Below are positions 19,701 to 26,776 of a stretch of DNA of 46,742 nucleotides, one piece after another (the stretch's first letter is position 1; each line of letters opens with the position of its first letter). Under the pieces are notes generated by a model that made no database searches, was not told where the DNA came from, and saw only the letters and a program-made list of their open reading frames with translations. Position numbers and translations under genes: made by a program. This stretch comes from a virus. Its lineage: Duplodnaviria; Caudoviricetes. The DNA is taken from the IMG/VR virus record IMGVR_UViG_3300037706_000012, positions 1 to 46,742 of that record; one strand, written 5' to 3'.

Positions 19701-20619
19701 GGACGCCGGCGGCACCTTCCTTGTACAGGATGTTTGCCACGCGGAGTGCGTCAGTACCGAAGATCTGGGCGAGTGCCTGATTCCGCTGCTGGTCGGTCAG
19801 GCCGCTCAGACGGTCCTGGAGAACTCCGGCCAGCCCCTCCAGCCCGATGAACTGGCCCTGAGCGTCGTACGCATTGACGCCCAGCTCCTCCATCAGGTCG
19901 GCGGATTCCTTGGACGGGTTCGCCAGGGCGATCAGGCCGGTCTTCAGGGACGTACCGGCGTCGCTGCCGATCAAGGCGTTCTTGGCGAACAGCGACAGGC
20001 CACCCACGGTCTCCTCGATGGAGAGACCGAACTGGTCTGCGATCAGACCGGACTGAGCCAGTGCCTGCCCCAGGTCAGCAGCCGAGCCCTGTGCCTTACC
20101 GCCACCAGCGGCCAGGAGGTCCGCGACGTGGGACGCCTCGGTGCCCTTCAGGTTGAACTGGGTCAACGCGCCGGCCATCAGCTCCGAGGCGTGCGCGACC
20201 TCCAGCCCCTCGCTCGCTGCCAGGTCCAGGGCGCCCGTCAGAGCGCCCCCAAGGATGTCAGTGGTGGCGATACCAGCCTTGCCCAGCTCCATGATGCCGT
20301 CGGCGGCTTCGCTGGCGGAGAACGCCGTGTCTGCACCCGCCTTCAGTGCTGCTGCCCGGAGGAGCTCCATGTTCTCGGCGGACTCGTTGGTCGCGGACGA
20401 CACGCGCGACATCGCGGCGTCGAAGTCCGCGAACCTCTTGACGGCCAGTACCGCGAACCCTGTCAGGCCGGCGCCGAGCAGACCGACCTGGGTGCTCAGT
20501 TGCGAGACGTTCGCCTTGGACTGCTGCGTGACCTGGGTCATGGTCCGGCCGGCGTTGGCCATCCCACGGTTCCACTGGGAGACGTTGGCGATGAGATCGA
20601 CGACCACAGATCGTCTCAT
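16789..20619 (-). CDS. Tape measure protein
   Basis: 1276 aa, Ala-rich helical; FDAAMSRVSS, GSDAGTSLKT, IFGTDALR, LDNLQGDLEALGG, GPGSGTSDSITARLSNGE, LGIKSPS. Confidence 0.95.
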   Translation of the reverse strand: MRRSVVVDLIANVSQWNRGMANAGRTMTQVTQQSKANVSQLSTQVGLLGAGLTGFAVLAVKRFADFDAAMSRVSSATNESAENMELLRAAALKAGADTAFSASEAADGIMELGKAGIATTDILGGALTGALDLAASEGLEVAHASELMAGALTQFNLKGTEASHVADLLAAGGGKAQGSAADLGQALAQSGLIADQFGLSIEETVGGLSLFAKNALIGSDAGTSLKTGLIALANPSKESADLMEELGVNAYDAQGQFIGLEGLAGVLQDRLSGLTDQQRNQALAQIFGTDALRVANILYKEGAAGVREMTEAVDDNGYAQEAAAKRLDNLQGDLEALGGSWETLLIGMGEGANGPLRSLVTSLTEVLNQFGEMPPAVQQATLAIVGGGGLVLLGLAGLSKMAIATLETRTAMVELGIISEATANKMSSGFKRVAATAGAVAVLIGVMHAIGQAGQDASIGVAELKQAIDETVESGSGDALFADLGNITNLDGKLRTIQQGGFLQWMSDVNVGASNLTDVWKEDEAQLGELETRLADVGVQLGQTASDDLPKAAEAFNSLIDQTDGSGESISNLMAAMPGFKDALYEIAEGAGLATDDTTLLKLATGELVPPAEAAAGAEESLGAATEDTTSAIEEQTQALEDQFKAMLDAAGAALDARSAQREFQAAIDEARQALKDNGKTLDINTEKGRANATALDNIARSGLDVVESAKENGASQKQLRGHMAEARTAFIKTAESMGVSSGKARELADKLGLIPKNVETKITADTGQAEGALDRVRRQVLNLPSGKTITVTTVQQVAQGRGGSGGTTFAGGGQVSGPGSGTSDSITARLSNGEHVWTASDVVKAGGHDAVYRLREAVQSGMLAFADGGAVRTARQQATRGRRRVISARDTLRRARRSNNERWVDRAEENLAKAEQAYEDARKRLRDLQAVQQDVRKDLRRGNLRDSVTSGLSGAYSAVDQLRSIADDPSLSQFGQRKLDKQANNAEKNLRRLYTQAEKIEAKLADARDRADELASIKGNVAGTIVGGFSLGGVEGGTNPWSGAEIPATGQQLLGAAQAYAERARVFSQKMQALQARGFKGVILQEIAAMGVEGGIAAADALLSLSTSETTQLNTAYADLDRLARTTGEIVTQGFYQGGLQAANGLVAGLESQQAAIEGQILKIAKAMEDALKKALGIKSPSTVMRNLMGFVGDGLVLGLEDQELQVGKASAALLATASGNYVAGGSASFTGASQGIGFAGDSKTIYQTNNVYYPVAEPASKRTNQKLQFAAEVS

Positions 20620-20701
20620 GGGGGTCTCCTATCAGGTCGCGGGCGCTAACACCAAGGGTACCGTCCTTCTTGAGAGGACTGGTGAGGCAGAGTTCTGGCG
20701 G

Positions 20702-20793
20702 TTTATCTGGGGATTTGTGTTCTGGGCCGGGATGGGGTACTGTTCTTCTTGTCGGGCAGGGCGCTCGGTGACAGCCCAAAGGAGGGCACCATG
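20702..20793 (+). promoter_or_regulatory. Conserved promoter cassette B driving the counter-oriented minigene cassette
   Basis: TTTATCTGGGGATTTGTGTTCT identical to copy A; TTGTGT (20715-20)-17 nt-TACTGT (20738-43); AAGGAGGGCACCATG. Confidence 0.8.
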
Positions 20794-20979
20794 TTCAAGA
20801 CACCGAAGCAGTTGGCCTGGGACCACTACCTGCGCGCCGTCCTCCACGCGCGGTCCATCATGGACCGATCCAGCGCAGCCTACCTACATGCGGTGCAGGT
20901 GAAGGACCAGGCGTACCAGGCGTACCAGGCGTACCAGGCGTACCAGGCGTACCAGGCTGAGAAAAACGAGACTGTCTGA
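20791..20979 (+). CDS. Hypothetical protein with (QAY)5 repeat
   Basis: Strong RBS; in-frame 9-bp tandem repeat. Confidence 0.7.
   Translation: MFKTPKQLAWDHYLRAVLHARSIMDRSSAAYLHAVQVKDQAYQAYQAYQAYQAYQAEKNETV
20906..20957 (+). repeat. 9-bp tandem repeat ACCAGGCGT x5 plus a partial unit
   Basis: Read directly from sequence. Confidence 0.95.
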
Positions 20980-21057
20980 CTGGTCCACTCTGGGGCTACC
21001 GTAGGTAGTGTCAGGGTGTGCAAGGCAGAAGGAACCTACTAGGCCAAGGAGGCCGTC

Positions 21058-21162
21058 GTGCGCAAGACACTGAAGCAGATCTGGGAGACCATCCTCACTC
21101 TCGCCATCGGTACGGCGATCACGTGGGGCATGTGGGTCCTCTGGCCTCCAGTACTCCCGTGA
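21058..21162 (+). CDS. Small membrane protein (34 aa)
   Basis: AAGGAGG RBS, GTG start; MRKTLKQIWETILTLAIGTAITWGMWVLWPPVLP. Confidence 0.65.
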   Translation: MRKTLKQIWETILTLAIGTAITWGMWVLWPPVLP

Positions 21163-21174
21163 CGGGGGCTCGCC

Positions 21175-21285
21175 ATGACCACTCGGGACACGCACAAGTA
21201 CGTCTGGGAGCTGGTGCTGCTGGTCCTAGCTGGTGGCGCGGCTGGGGTCGGGGCGACAGCGATCCTACTGACCCCAGGTATCTGA
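21175..21285 (+). CDS. Small membrane protein (36 aa)
   Basis: MTTRDTHKYVWELVLLVLAGGAAGVGATAILLTPGI; TGATG coupling. Confidence 0.6.
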   Translation: MTTRDTHKYVWELVLLVLAGGAAGVGATAILLTPGI

Positions 21286-21428
21286 TGACCGGGAACTTCG
21301 GCTGGTGCCTGGGCCCCACCTTCCACCACGACAGGTGCCCCAAGACGAGTCCCTCGGGGCTCCGCTGCACCTGCAAGTGCCACCTGACCAAGGAAGAGGT
21401 CGACAAGATGCTGGGGGAGCTGATCTAG
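21285..21428 (+). CDS. Small Cys/His-rich protein (47 aa)
   Basis: FGWCL...HHDRC...CTCKCH; ends GELI. Confidence 0.65.
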   Translation: MTGNFGWCLGPTFHHDRCPKTSPSGLRCTCKCHLTKEEVDKMLGELI

Positions 21429-21590
21429 GTGCCGGGCGTTTACGAAGAGGAGCACTTCGACATCCACCCGCTGGACGATCGTCACTGCACGTGCCTGTGC
21501 ATGAAGTGCTACAGCCGACTGAACACAGCGCTCCCGACGGGCGTCCTGTGTATCTGCGAGGAGTGCCCCTGCGAGGGAACCCACGACTGA
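21429..21590 (+). CDS. Small Cys-rich (metallothionein-like) protein (53 aa)
   Basis: HCTCLCMKC...LCICEECPC; GGAG upstream; ends just before the terminator. Confidence 0.6.
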   Translation: MPGVYEEEHFDIHPLDDRHCTCLCMKCYSRLNTALPTGVLCICEECPCEGTHD

Positions 21591-21597
21591 GAACGAC

Positions 21598-21630
21598 AGA
21601 GGTCCCCACCGATAACCGGTGGGGACCTCT
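21598..21630. terminator. Hairpin terminator between the cassette and the convergent tail chaperone ORF
   Basis: 14-bp perfect stem AGAGGTCCCCACCG / CGGTGGGGACCTCT; related in sequence to the 10229 hairpin. Confidence 0.8.
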
Positions 21631-21636
21631 TCTGCG

Positions 21637-22089
21637 TCATTCTCTGGTGGGCAGGCCGTCCTCAACCTCGTCCAGGGTGGCCTCGCCCCGACGGGTCGGT
21701 GGGAGAGCCTCCGCCGGGCGCTCAGCGTCTTGCACCCGGGTATTCACCACCTGGAGCCGCACGCCAGGCTCCGCGTCCTTCTTGTTCTTGCGGTACTCCT
21801 CCATGGCGGCTACGGCGTAGTCCACCTCGTCGTCCTTGATCTCGTACCAGCCGTCCATCTCCGGGTCGGTGGCCTGTCTCAACGGGATTCCGAACTCGTT
21901 GATGGAGTCCTCGTACAGGCTCAGCCCCTCCGCAAGACCGCGAGACTTGCGGGACCAAGGTGTACCCGGGGGCTTCGTCCCCAGGTATACCTCCGGCTCC
22001 ACGCTCCACGACCGAGCTGTGCGGAGAGCTCGAACTACTCCGGGGCTACGCTCCAGCCCCAGGGCGATGTGGGGCCACGATCGACACAC
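21637..22089 (-). CDS. Tail assembly chaperone, second ORF (gpT-like; start uncertain, probably reached by frameshift)
   Basis: Overlaps the end of the upstream chaperone; ALRTARSWSVEPEVYLG...PWS. Confidence 0.7.
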   Translation of the reverse strand: MCRSWPHIALGLERSPGVVRALRTARSWSVEPEVYLGTKPPGTPWSRKSRGLAEGLSLYEDSINEFGIPLRQATDPEMDGWYEIKDDEVDYAVAAMEEYRKNKKDAEPGVRLQVVNTRVQDAERPAEALPPTRRGEATLDEVEDGLPTRE

Positions 22090-22810
22090 CCTCCACGGAG
22101 AGCTGCTCCATGGCGGTCACCAGATCGCGGATCTGACTGTGGCCTCCCGGGCGCGACTTGACCCGCCGGATGCCGTCCAGGCTGGGGGCCGGCTTCTCGA
22201 CGCCGTTCACCACGACCTTGAGCACCGCCGGCGCGACTCCGTCCGGATTCTCGGTGGACTTGGTCCCCACCAGGCACAGCAGATTCAGCTCGTCGGCGTA
22301 CGCCTGCATCTCCTTGAGCCACGCGTTCAGCTTCTTGACGTGCGCCGTCTTGGCCTGCGGCTTGCTGTTGACCGGCGGCTTCTGCGGCTCCGGCGGGATG
22401 GGACCCAGCTCCGCGCGCAGAGCCGCGACCTCCGGCTCGTCCATCCGGCGGATGTGCCATATCTCCGTGTCCTTGTTCAGGCGCTCCCACAGCTCCTCAG
22501 CCGTGGTGTACGCCTTGTTCAGCTCGCCGTCGATCTCCTTGAGCAGCGGGTTGCTGTCGGCCAGGGACTCCTCGCCCGTGGACGAGGACAGGGCGTCGGC
22601 CACCGACTCCTCGTGCGCCGACTCACGCTTGGCAGGCTTGCCCACCAGCTTGTCGCGCTCGGACTCCAGGCTGCGGATCTTATCCATCACCGGCTGATAC
22701 TCCGAGTACAGTGCCGGGTTCCGGAGGATCTTGACCTGCGCCTGGAGGTACGACACTCCGTCTATCCAGTCCTCGACGGAGACGTCCTCTGATGTGAACT
22801 CCGTGATCAC
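22046..22810 (-). CDS. Tail assembly chaperone (gpG-like)
   Basis: Position after major tail gene; AAGGAG RBS. Confidence 0.75.
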   Translation of the reverse strand: MITEFTSEDVSVEDWIDGVSYLQAQVKILRNPALYSEYQPVMDKIRSLESERDKLVGKPAKRESAHEESVADALSSSTGEESLADSNPLLKEIDGELNKAYTTAEELWERLNKDTEIWHIRRMDEPEVAALRAELGPIPPEPQKPPVNSKPQAKTAHVKKLNAWLKEMQAYADELNLLCLVGTKSTENPDGVAPAVLKVVVNGVEKPAPSLDGIRRVKSRPGGHSQIRDLVTAMEQLSVEGVSIVAPHRPGAGA

Positions 22811-22852
22811 GGTGATGCTCCTTGTCCTGTCACGGGCGTCACGGGGAAAGCA

Positions 22853-22896
22853 ACTGCCGGGCCCGCTGCCCCGTGACAGTCAGCGGGCCCGGCAGT
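22853..22896 (-). terminator. 16-bp hairpin after the major tail gene
   Basis: ACTGCCGGGCCCGCTG / CAGCGGGCCCGGCAGT followed by UGCUUU on the minus strand. Confidence 0.65.
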
Positions 22897-22913
22897 GGTA
22901 CCAGGGTACCCGG

Positions 22914-23423
22914 TCAGACGCCGGCGTCCATGACGCCTGTCAGGATGGCCCGCTGGACGCCCAGTGGCACCACGCGCTTGATGTACCCGGCGCGGTCGGT
23001 CGGCTTCTGGGGGTTGTCGGTGATGACGTAGTAGACCTCGTACTCGTCGTCGGCGGCCCACGCCTGGTCGTACCGGGGGCCCTCACGCTCGACAAGCCAG
23101 AGCTCGGTTCCCTTGGCCTTGAGTGCCTGGTACACCACGTCGTCGGCCACGTCCGAGACGCCGGCCGAGTCCAGGTACCAGAACGGGGTCACGGAGCCCT
23201 CGTAGTTGCTGGCGCCGAACGTGACGGCGTTGCCCTCACTGCACAGCTCCGTGTCGGGCACGGTGTCGCTGGCAGTGGGCGAGAGGCGGTAGTCGGACTT
23301 GAGGATCTTGCAGCTTGCGTCGATCCCGGCCTCGGCCTCCGCCACCGTGACGGCGGACAGATCCTCCGGCTCGGTGGTCAGGATGGCCAGGCGGGTGCGC
23401 GCATCGGCGAGGGTCTTGGGCAT
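22914..23423 (-). CDS. Major tail (tube) protein
   Basis: VTVAEAEAGIDASC, SDTVPDTELCS, LVEREG; position. Confidence 0.85.
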   Translation of the reverse strand: MPKTLADARTRLAILTTEPEDLSAVTVAEAEAGIDASCKILKSDYRLSPTASDTVPDTELCSEGNAVTFGASNYEGSVTPFWYLDSAGVSDVADDVVYQALKAKGTELWLVEREGPRYDQAWAADDEYEVYYVITDNPQKPTDRAGYIKRVVPLGVQRAILTGVMDAGV

Positions 23424-23426
23424 GGG

Positions 23427-23594
23427 TCAGCCCTCCTTCTTGGTGGCGGTGGCCGGCGTGGAAGTCGCCTTCTCGCTGGCCTTCTGGAGCGGGGTCTTCC
23501 GGAACGGCTTGCCCAGCTTGGGGTGGCTGATCCAGTGTTCAGGGATGCGGACCTTCGCGCCCGTATCCGTCCGGTATACCTCGATGAGTGCCAT
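23427..23594 (-). CDS. Small hypothetical virion-operon protein
   Basis: GAAAGGA RBS; MALIEVYRTDTGAKVRIPEHWISHP. Confidence 0.7.
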   Translation of the reverse strand: MALIEVYRTDTGAKVRIPEHWISHPKLGKPFRKTPLQKASEKATSTPATATKKEG

Positions 23595-23623
23595 CGTAGT
23601 ATTCCTTTCGTTGGGTGAGATCT

Positions 23624-24043
23624 TCAGGCCGCTGTCCGGAACTGAAGGGGGGTGAACCACCTGCGTGGATTGACGTCTTCGTCCTCTAGCATAGCTGGAT
23701 CGAAGCCATCATCTCGCAGGCGTTCCGCCTCGGGGCCAGGTTGCCACCGAGACAGACGAGTACGTACCGCCGTGGTAGCTGCCAGGCACCAGTCGGGATC
23801 ACCGGCGGCAGCCGTCACGCGGAGCAGCGAGCGGTACGCCCCGTCCACGTCGCCGCACAGATCCTCCGCGCCGGGGTCGTCGGCACCGGGGCTGCCCCAC
23901 AGCACGGCGTACGGCTTCACACGGCCGTCAGGCAGGGCCGGAGGGTCGTCCGGCACACGACCGCTGTACACAGCGGCCAGGTCGGTAGGGACCAGCCCTT
24001 CCAGGCGCGCCTTGACGGCAGCGTGCATCTGTGCGGGGGTCAC
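23624..24043 (-). CDS. Tail terminator protein
   Basis: VYSGRVP...PYAVLWGSPG; position. Confidence 0.75.
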   Translation of the reverse strand: MTPAQMHAAVKARLEGLVPTDLAAVYSGRVPDDPPALPDGRVKPYAVLWGSPGADDPGAEDLCGDVDGAYRSLLRVTAAAGDPDWCLAATTAVRTRLSRWQPGPEAERLRDDGFDPAMLEDEDVNPRRWFTPLQFRTAA

Positions 24044-24411
24044 GGCAGGCTCCTCTCGGCCAGCTCCGCCAGAGCTTGCTCCAGGCCGGGGAGATTCCGC
24101 TCCGCAGCCGGGAACAGCGCCGGCCGAGGCGCCATCCGGCTGGTGCCCAGCTCCACAAACACACCGTAGCTCGCTGTGGGACCCACCTCGGTGCGGTACC
24201 CGTCCCCCTGTCGGGACACGGGGTCGGTGCTGGCGCTGCTGCGGAGATTGCCGGTGTCCACCGGCACAGCCACCTTGTAGTCCGCCTCAACGTCCAGACC
24301 GGTCTTCAGCAGAGCCTTGGCCACGTCCGGACCCATGCGACCCGCGATGGCGCCCAGGTCCGCAGCGTAGGCGCGTGCAGCTCGGTCGTTGATCTCGATC
24401 TCAGCCATCAC
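24040..24411 (-). CDS. HK97 gp10-like tail completion protein
   Basis: VPVDTGNLRSS, YGVFVELGTSRMAPRPALFPA. Confidence 0.88.
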   Translation of the reverse strand: MMAEIEINDRAARAYAADLGAIAGRMGPDVAKALLKTGLDVEADYKVAVPVDTGNLRSSASTDPVSRQGDGYRTEVGPTASYGVFVELGTSRMAPRPALFPAAERNLPGLEQALAELAERSLP

Positions 24412-24839
24412 GCACCTCCTTGGTTGGACTGGTCGTCCACGCAGGACAGGATCTGTTCGAACGTGTAGCTGCTGTAGCTACTGGTCCGGATAGTCAGTAC
24501 CCTACCGACGAGCTCGGTAGGCGCATTGAGGGAGTTGATGGTGTCTACCCGGATCTGCTTGCCGGCCGGCACACCGCCAGCCTGTCGGGGGAGAACGATG
24601 GTCGCACCGTGCGTCCAGATGTCCTGGTCGGCGGCGTCAGCGTCGTTGCCCTGCGTGGTGGCGTACACCAGGCGCGCCGTGCCCTGGTACCCGTAGATGG
24701 GTTCGCCGTCAGACTGCCAGTCGTCGGGGGTGGTGACGCCCAGGATCACGGAGACCGTAGCCTCCATGGCGTTCTCGGAGACCTGACCGTGGTGCTCCCC
24801 CCAGTTGGCGGGGACGACGCGAGCGCCGGGCAGCGGCAT
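24408..24839 (-). CDS. Head-to-tail stopper-like protein
   Basis: Position after adaptor; YQGTARL, ELVGRVLTI. Confidence 0.7.
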   Translation of the reverse strand: MPLPGARVVPANWGEHHGQVSENAMEATVSVILGVTTPDDWQSDGEPIYGYQGTARLVYATTQGNDADAADQDIWTHGATIVLPRQAGGVPAGKQIRVDTINSLNAPTELVGRVLTIRTSSYSSYTFEQILSCVDDQSNQGGA

Positions 24840-25240
24840 CAGCCTTCCACCGCCTCACGAGAGTAGGCGTCGGGCTTGAACTCAGCCACACCCCAGAACG
24901 AGCCGTCAGAGTCGGCCTCTTCCTTGTCGGCGCGCTTGCGCAAGCTGTCGGCCTGCCGGCGTAGCGCGTCGGCCAGCTTGGCGCCGTCCGTCTGGAGTCC
25001 GTCGCCGGTGCGGATGACCTTACCTACGAGTGCCTCGCTGGTGGCGATGGTGTCGAGCGCGTCCGCCGCCGACAGGAACAGAAGTCCCCGCCGGACGGTG
25101 GACACGGAGTCGGTGGGGCCCAGGCCATAGGTGGCCAGGAACCCGGCAATCATGTCGTCATCGAAGACGAAAGCGGCCTCGTTGACGTCGGAGATGAGGA
25201 GCCGCACCTGGCCGGCGGCTGTGGTGTAGGCGATAACCAT
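24839..25240 (-). CDS. Head-to-tail adaptor
   Basis: GQVRLLISD...FDDDMIAGFL...AADALDTIATSEALVGKVIRT..LQTDGAKLADALR. Confidence 0.8.
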   Translation of the reverse strand: MVIAYTTAAGQVRLLISDVNEAAFVFDDDMIAGFLATYGLGPTDSVSTVRRGLLFLSAADALDTIATSEALVGKVIRTGDGLQTDGAKLADALRRQADSLRKRADKEEADSDGSFWGVAEFKPDAYSREAVEG

Positions 25241-25259
25241 GGGGTACGGCTCCTCTCTG

Positions 25260-25343
25260 TCAGACGTTGTTGGCGATGAAGAGAATCCCGGCGACGATCA
25301 CGACGACTGCCGCGATCGCCACCAAGATGTCGAAGCCCTTCAT
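25260..25343 (-). CDS. 27-aa single-TM protein between capsid and adaptor
   Basis: MKGFDILVAIAAVVVIVAGILFIANNV; GGAGG upstream. Confidence 0.55.
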   Translation of the reverse strand: MKGFDILVAIAAVVVIVAGILFIANNV

Positions 25344-25345
25344 GA

Positions 25346-26398
25346 TCAGGCACCCTCCGCCACGTACACGGCGTCGTTGTACAGCGCCGCGCCACCGGTG
25401 ACGTGGCGGACCCGGTACTGGATGGTGTCGTCGTCGAACGCACCCTCCTCAGGGCTGATGGCGCCACCACCCACACGGTTGCCCGCATCGGCCTTGACCC
25501 GGAGGTCCGGCGTCTCGTACCCGTTCAGGAAGCCCGTCACCAGCGCGCGCTTGCTGGCGCGGCTGGGGTTGGGCAGGAGGAACCACGTGGTGGCCACGTT
25601 GTCGTAGCCGCCGGCCACCACGGGCAGCCACGGGTTGACCACGAGGGTCGGCCGTGCCTGGAGACCGTTGCCAGCCTGGACCCGCTCGACGGAGCCGGAA
25701 GTGGTACGGACCTCCGTGGTGTTCAGGATCTGGAGTGCCGTCATCTCCAACGACGGGGGAACCATGAGAACCGGCTCCGGCATGGCGATCGGTCGGCCGT
25801 CGCTGTCGGTCCGGTTGGAGATGCTGGCCAGGCCAGCCTGAAGGGAAGTCGCGGACAGTGCAGACCCCGCACCGGTCGCCGGCGCAGCAACGCCCGTGAA
25901 GAACGCCGTGCTGAGCGCCGTGCCGGCCGCGTTGAACAGCGGCTTCAGCGCGACGCGCTCCTCCGTCTCCCTGGCAGCAGTCGCCAGGTCGGTCGGGAAG
26001 GTGCGGAAAGCCCCCAGGTCGTCGTTGACGAGCATCTCCCACGTGAGCGGGAAACGCGCGCCGTACTTCTCGACGCTGAAGGACTTCGAGCTCTCGGTCT
26101 TCTTGCGGGCCGGGAACTCGGTGGCTTCCTTCACCTTGTCCAGACCGGCCTTGCCGCCGGTCAGGTCGACCAGGGTACGGGCCCGGAAGTCCGGAACCGT
26201 CACGCGGCTGGAGAACCGGTTCCAGACCGGCGCGATGGCCGCGTACTCCTGCTGGAGCTCGCGACCGTAGGCCGCGTTCAGCAGGATCGGGAAGTCCGAC
26301 GTGGTGAGGGTTTCCTGCACCTCGGCGCGGGCCCGGAGGTCCCCGTCGATGGCACGCTGGAAGAGGCGACGCGCCTCCAGGATCTTCTTGTTGTTCAT
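25346..26398 (-). CDS. Major capsid protein (Mu gpT-like)
   Basis: TTSDFPILL, VPDFR, KYGARFPLTWEMLVNDDLGAF, LMVPPSLE, GFLNGYETP, DTIQYRVRH. Confidence 0.92.
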   Translation of the reverse strand: MNNKKILEARRLFQRAIDGDLRARAEVQETLTTSDFPILLNAAYGRELQQEYAAIAPVWNRFSSRVTVPDFRARTLVDLTGGKAGLDKVKEATEFPARKKTESSKSFSVEKYGARFPLTWEMLVNDDLGAFRTFPTDLATAARETEERVALKPLFNAAGTALSTAFFTGVAAPATGAGSALSATSLQAGLASISNRTDSDGRPIAMPEPVLMVPPSLEMTALQILNTTEVRTTSGSVERVQAGNGLQARPTLVVNPWLPVVAGGYDNVATTWFLLPNPSRASKRALVTGFLNGYETPDLRVKADAGNRVGGGAISPEEGAFDDDTIQYRVRHVTGGAALYNDAVYVAEGA

Positions 26399-26412
26399 GG
26401 CGTGATCTCCTC

Positions 26413-26772
26413 TCAGACCTTGGCCAGGACGACGACGAGCGTGCCCGTGCCACCGGTGGTGGTCTTGGCCTCCAGGGAGTACCCGAGGAGGGTGCCCGTG
26501 GTGTCGGTGCCGTCGATGAGCTGCACGCGGCCGGTGACCGCGCCTCCGCCGGTGGCGTGCCCGTAGATGGGGTCGCCGACGGCGTAGGTGTCGTCGGCAA
26601 CGGTGAACTCGTAGGCACCCTTGCGCCAGACAGCCGCGTTGCCGTCGGCGTCACGGTCGGTCTGGGCGACACCGATCAGGCTGCCAACGACCACCGCCTC
26701 GCCGCTGACAACGCCCGCCACAACGGGCAGAGTGATGTGGTCCGCATCGCGGAAGATCTCGTTCGTGGCCAT
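26413..26772 (-). CDS. DUF2190-family capsid decoration/cement protein
   Basis: VVSGEAVVVGSLIGVAQTD...GAYEF...GDPIY; position before capsid. Confidence 0.8.
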   Translation of the reverse strand: MATNEIFRDADHITLPVVAGVVSGEAVVVGSLIGVAQTDRDADGNAAVWRKGAYEFTVADDTYAVGDPIYGHATGGGAVTGRVQLIDGTDTTGTLLGYSLEAKTTTGGTGTLVVVLAKV

Positions 26773-26776
26773 GGGG

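Noticed and set aside
19000-20649. Long antisense or alternative-frame ORFs (also 30869..32518, 26621..28087, 41245..42657, 8959..10182)
   Set aside because: Expected in high-GC DNA opposite real genes; no motifs, RBS or operon coupling
22035-22490. -1 frame ORF as the tail chaperone frameshift product
   Set aside because: It stops at 22035, only a few codons past the chaperone stop, and has low-complexity shadow composition
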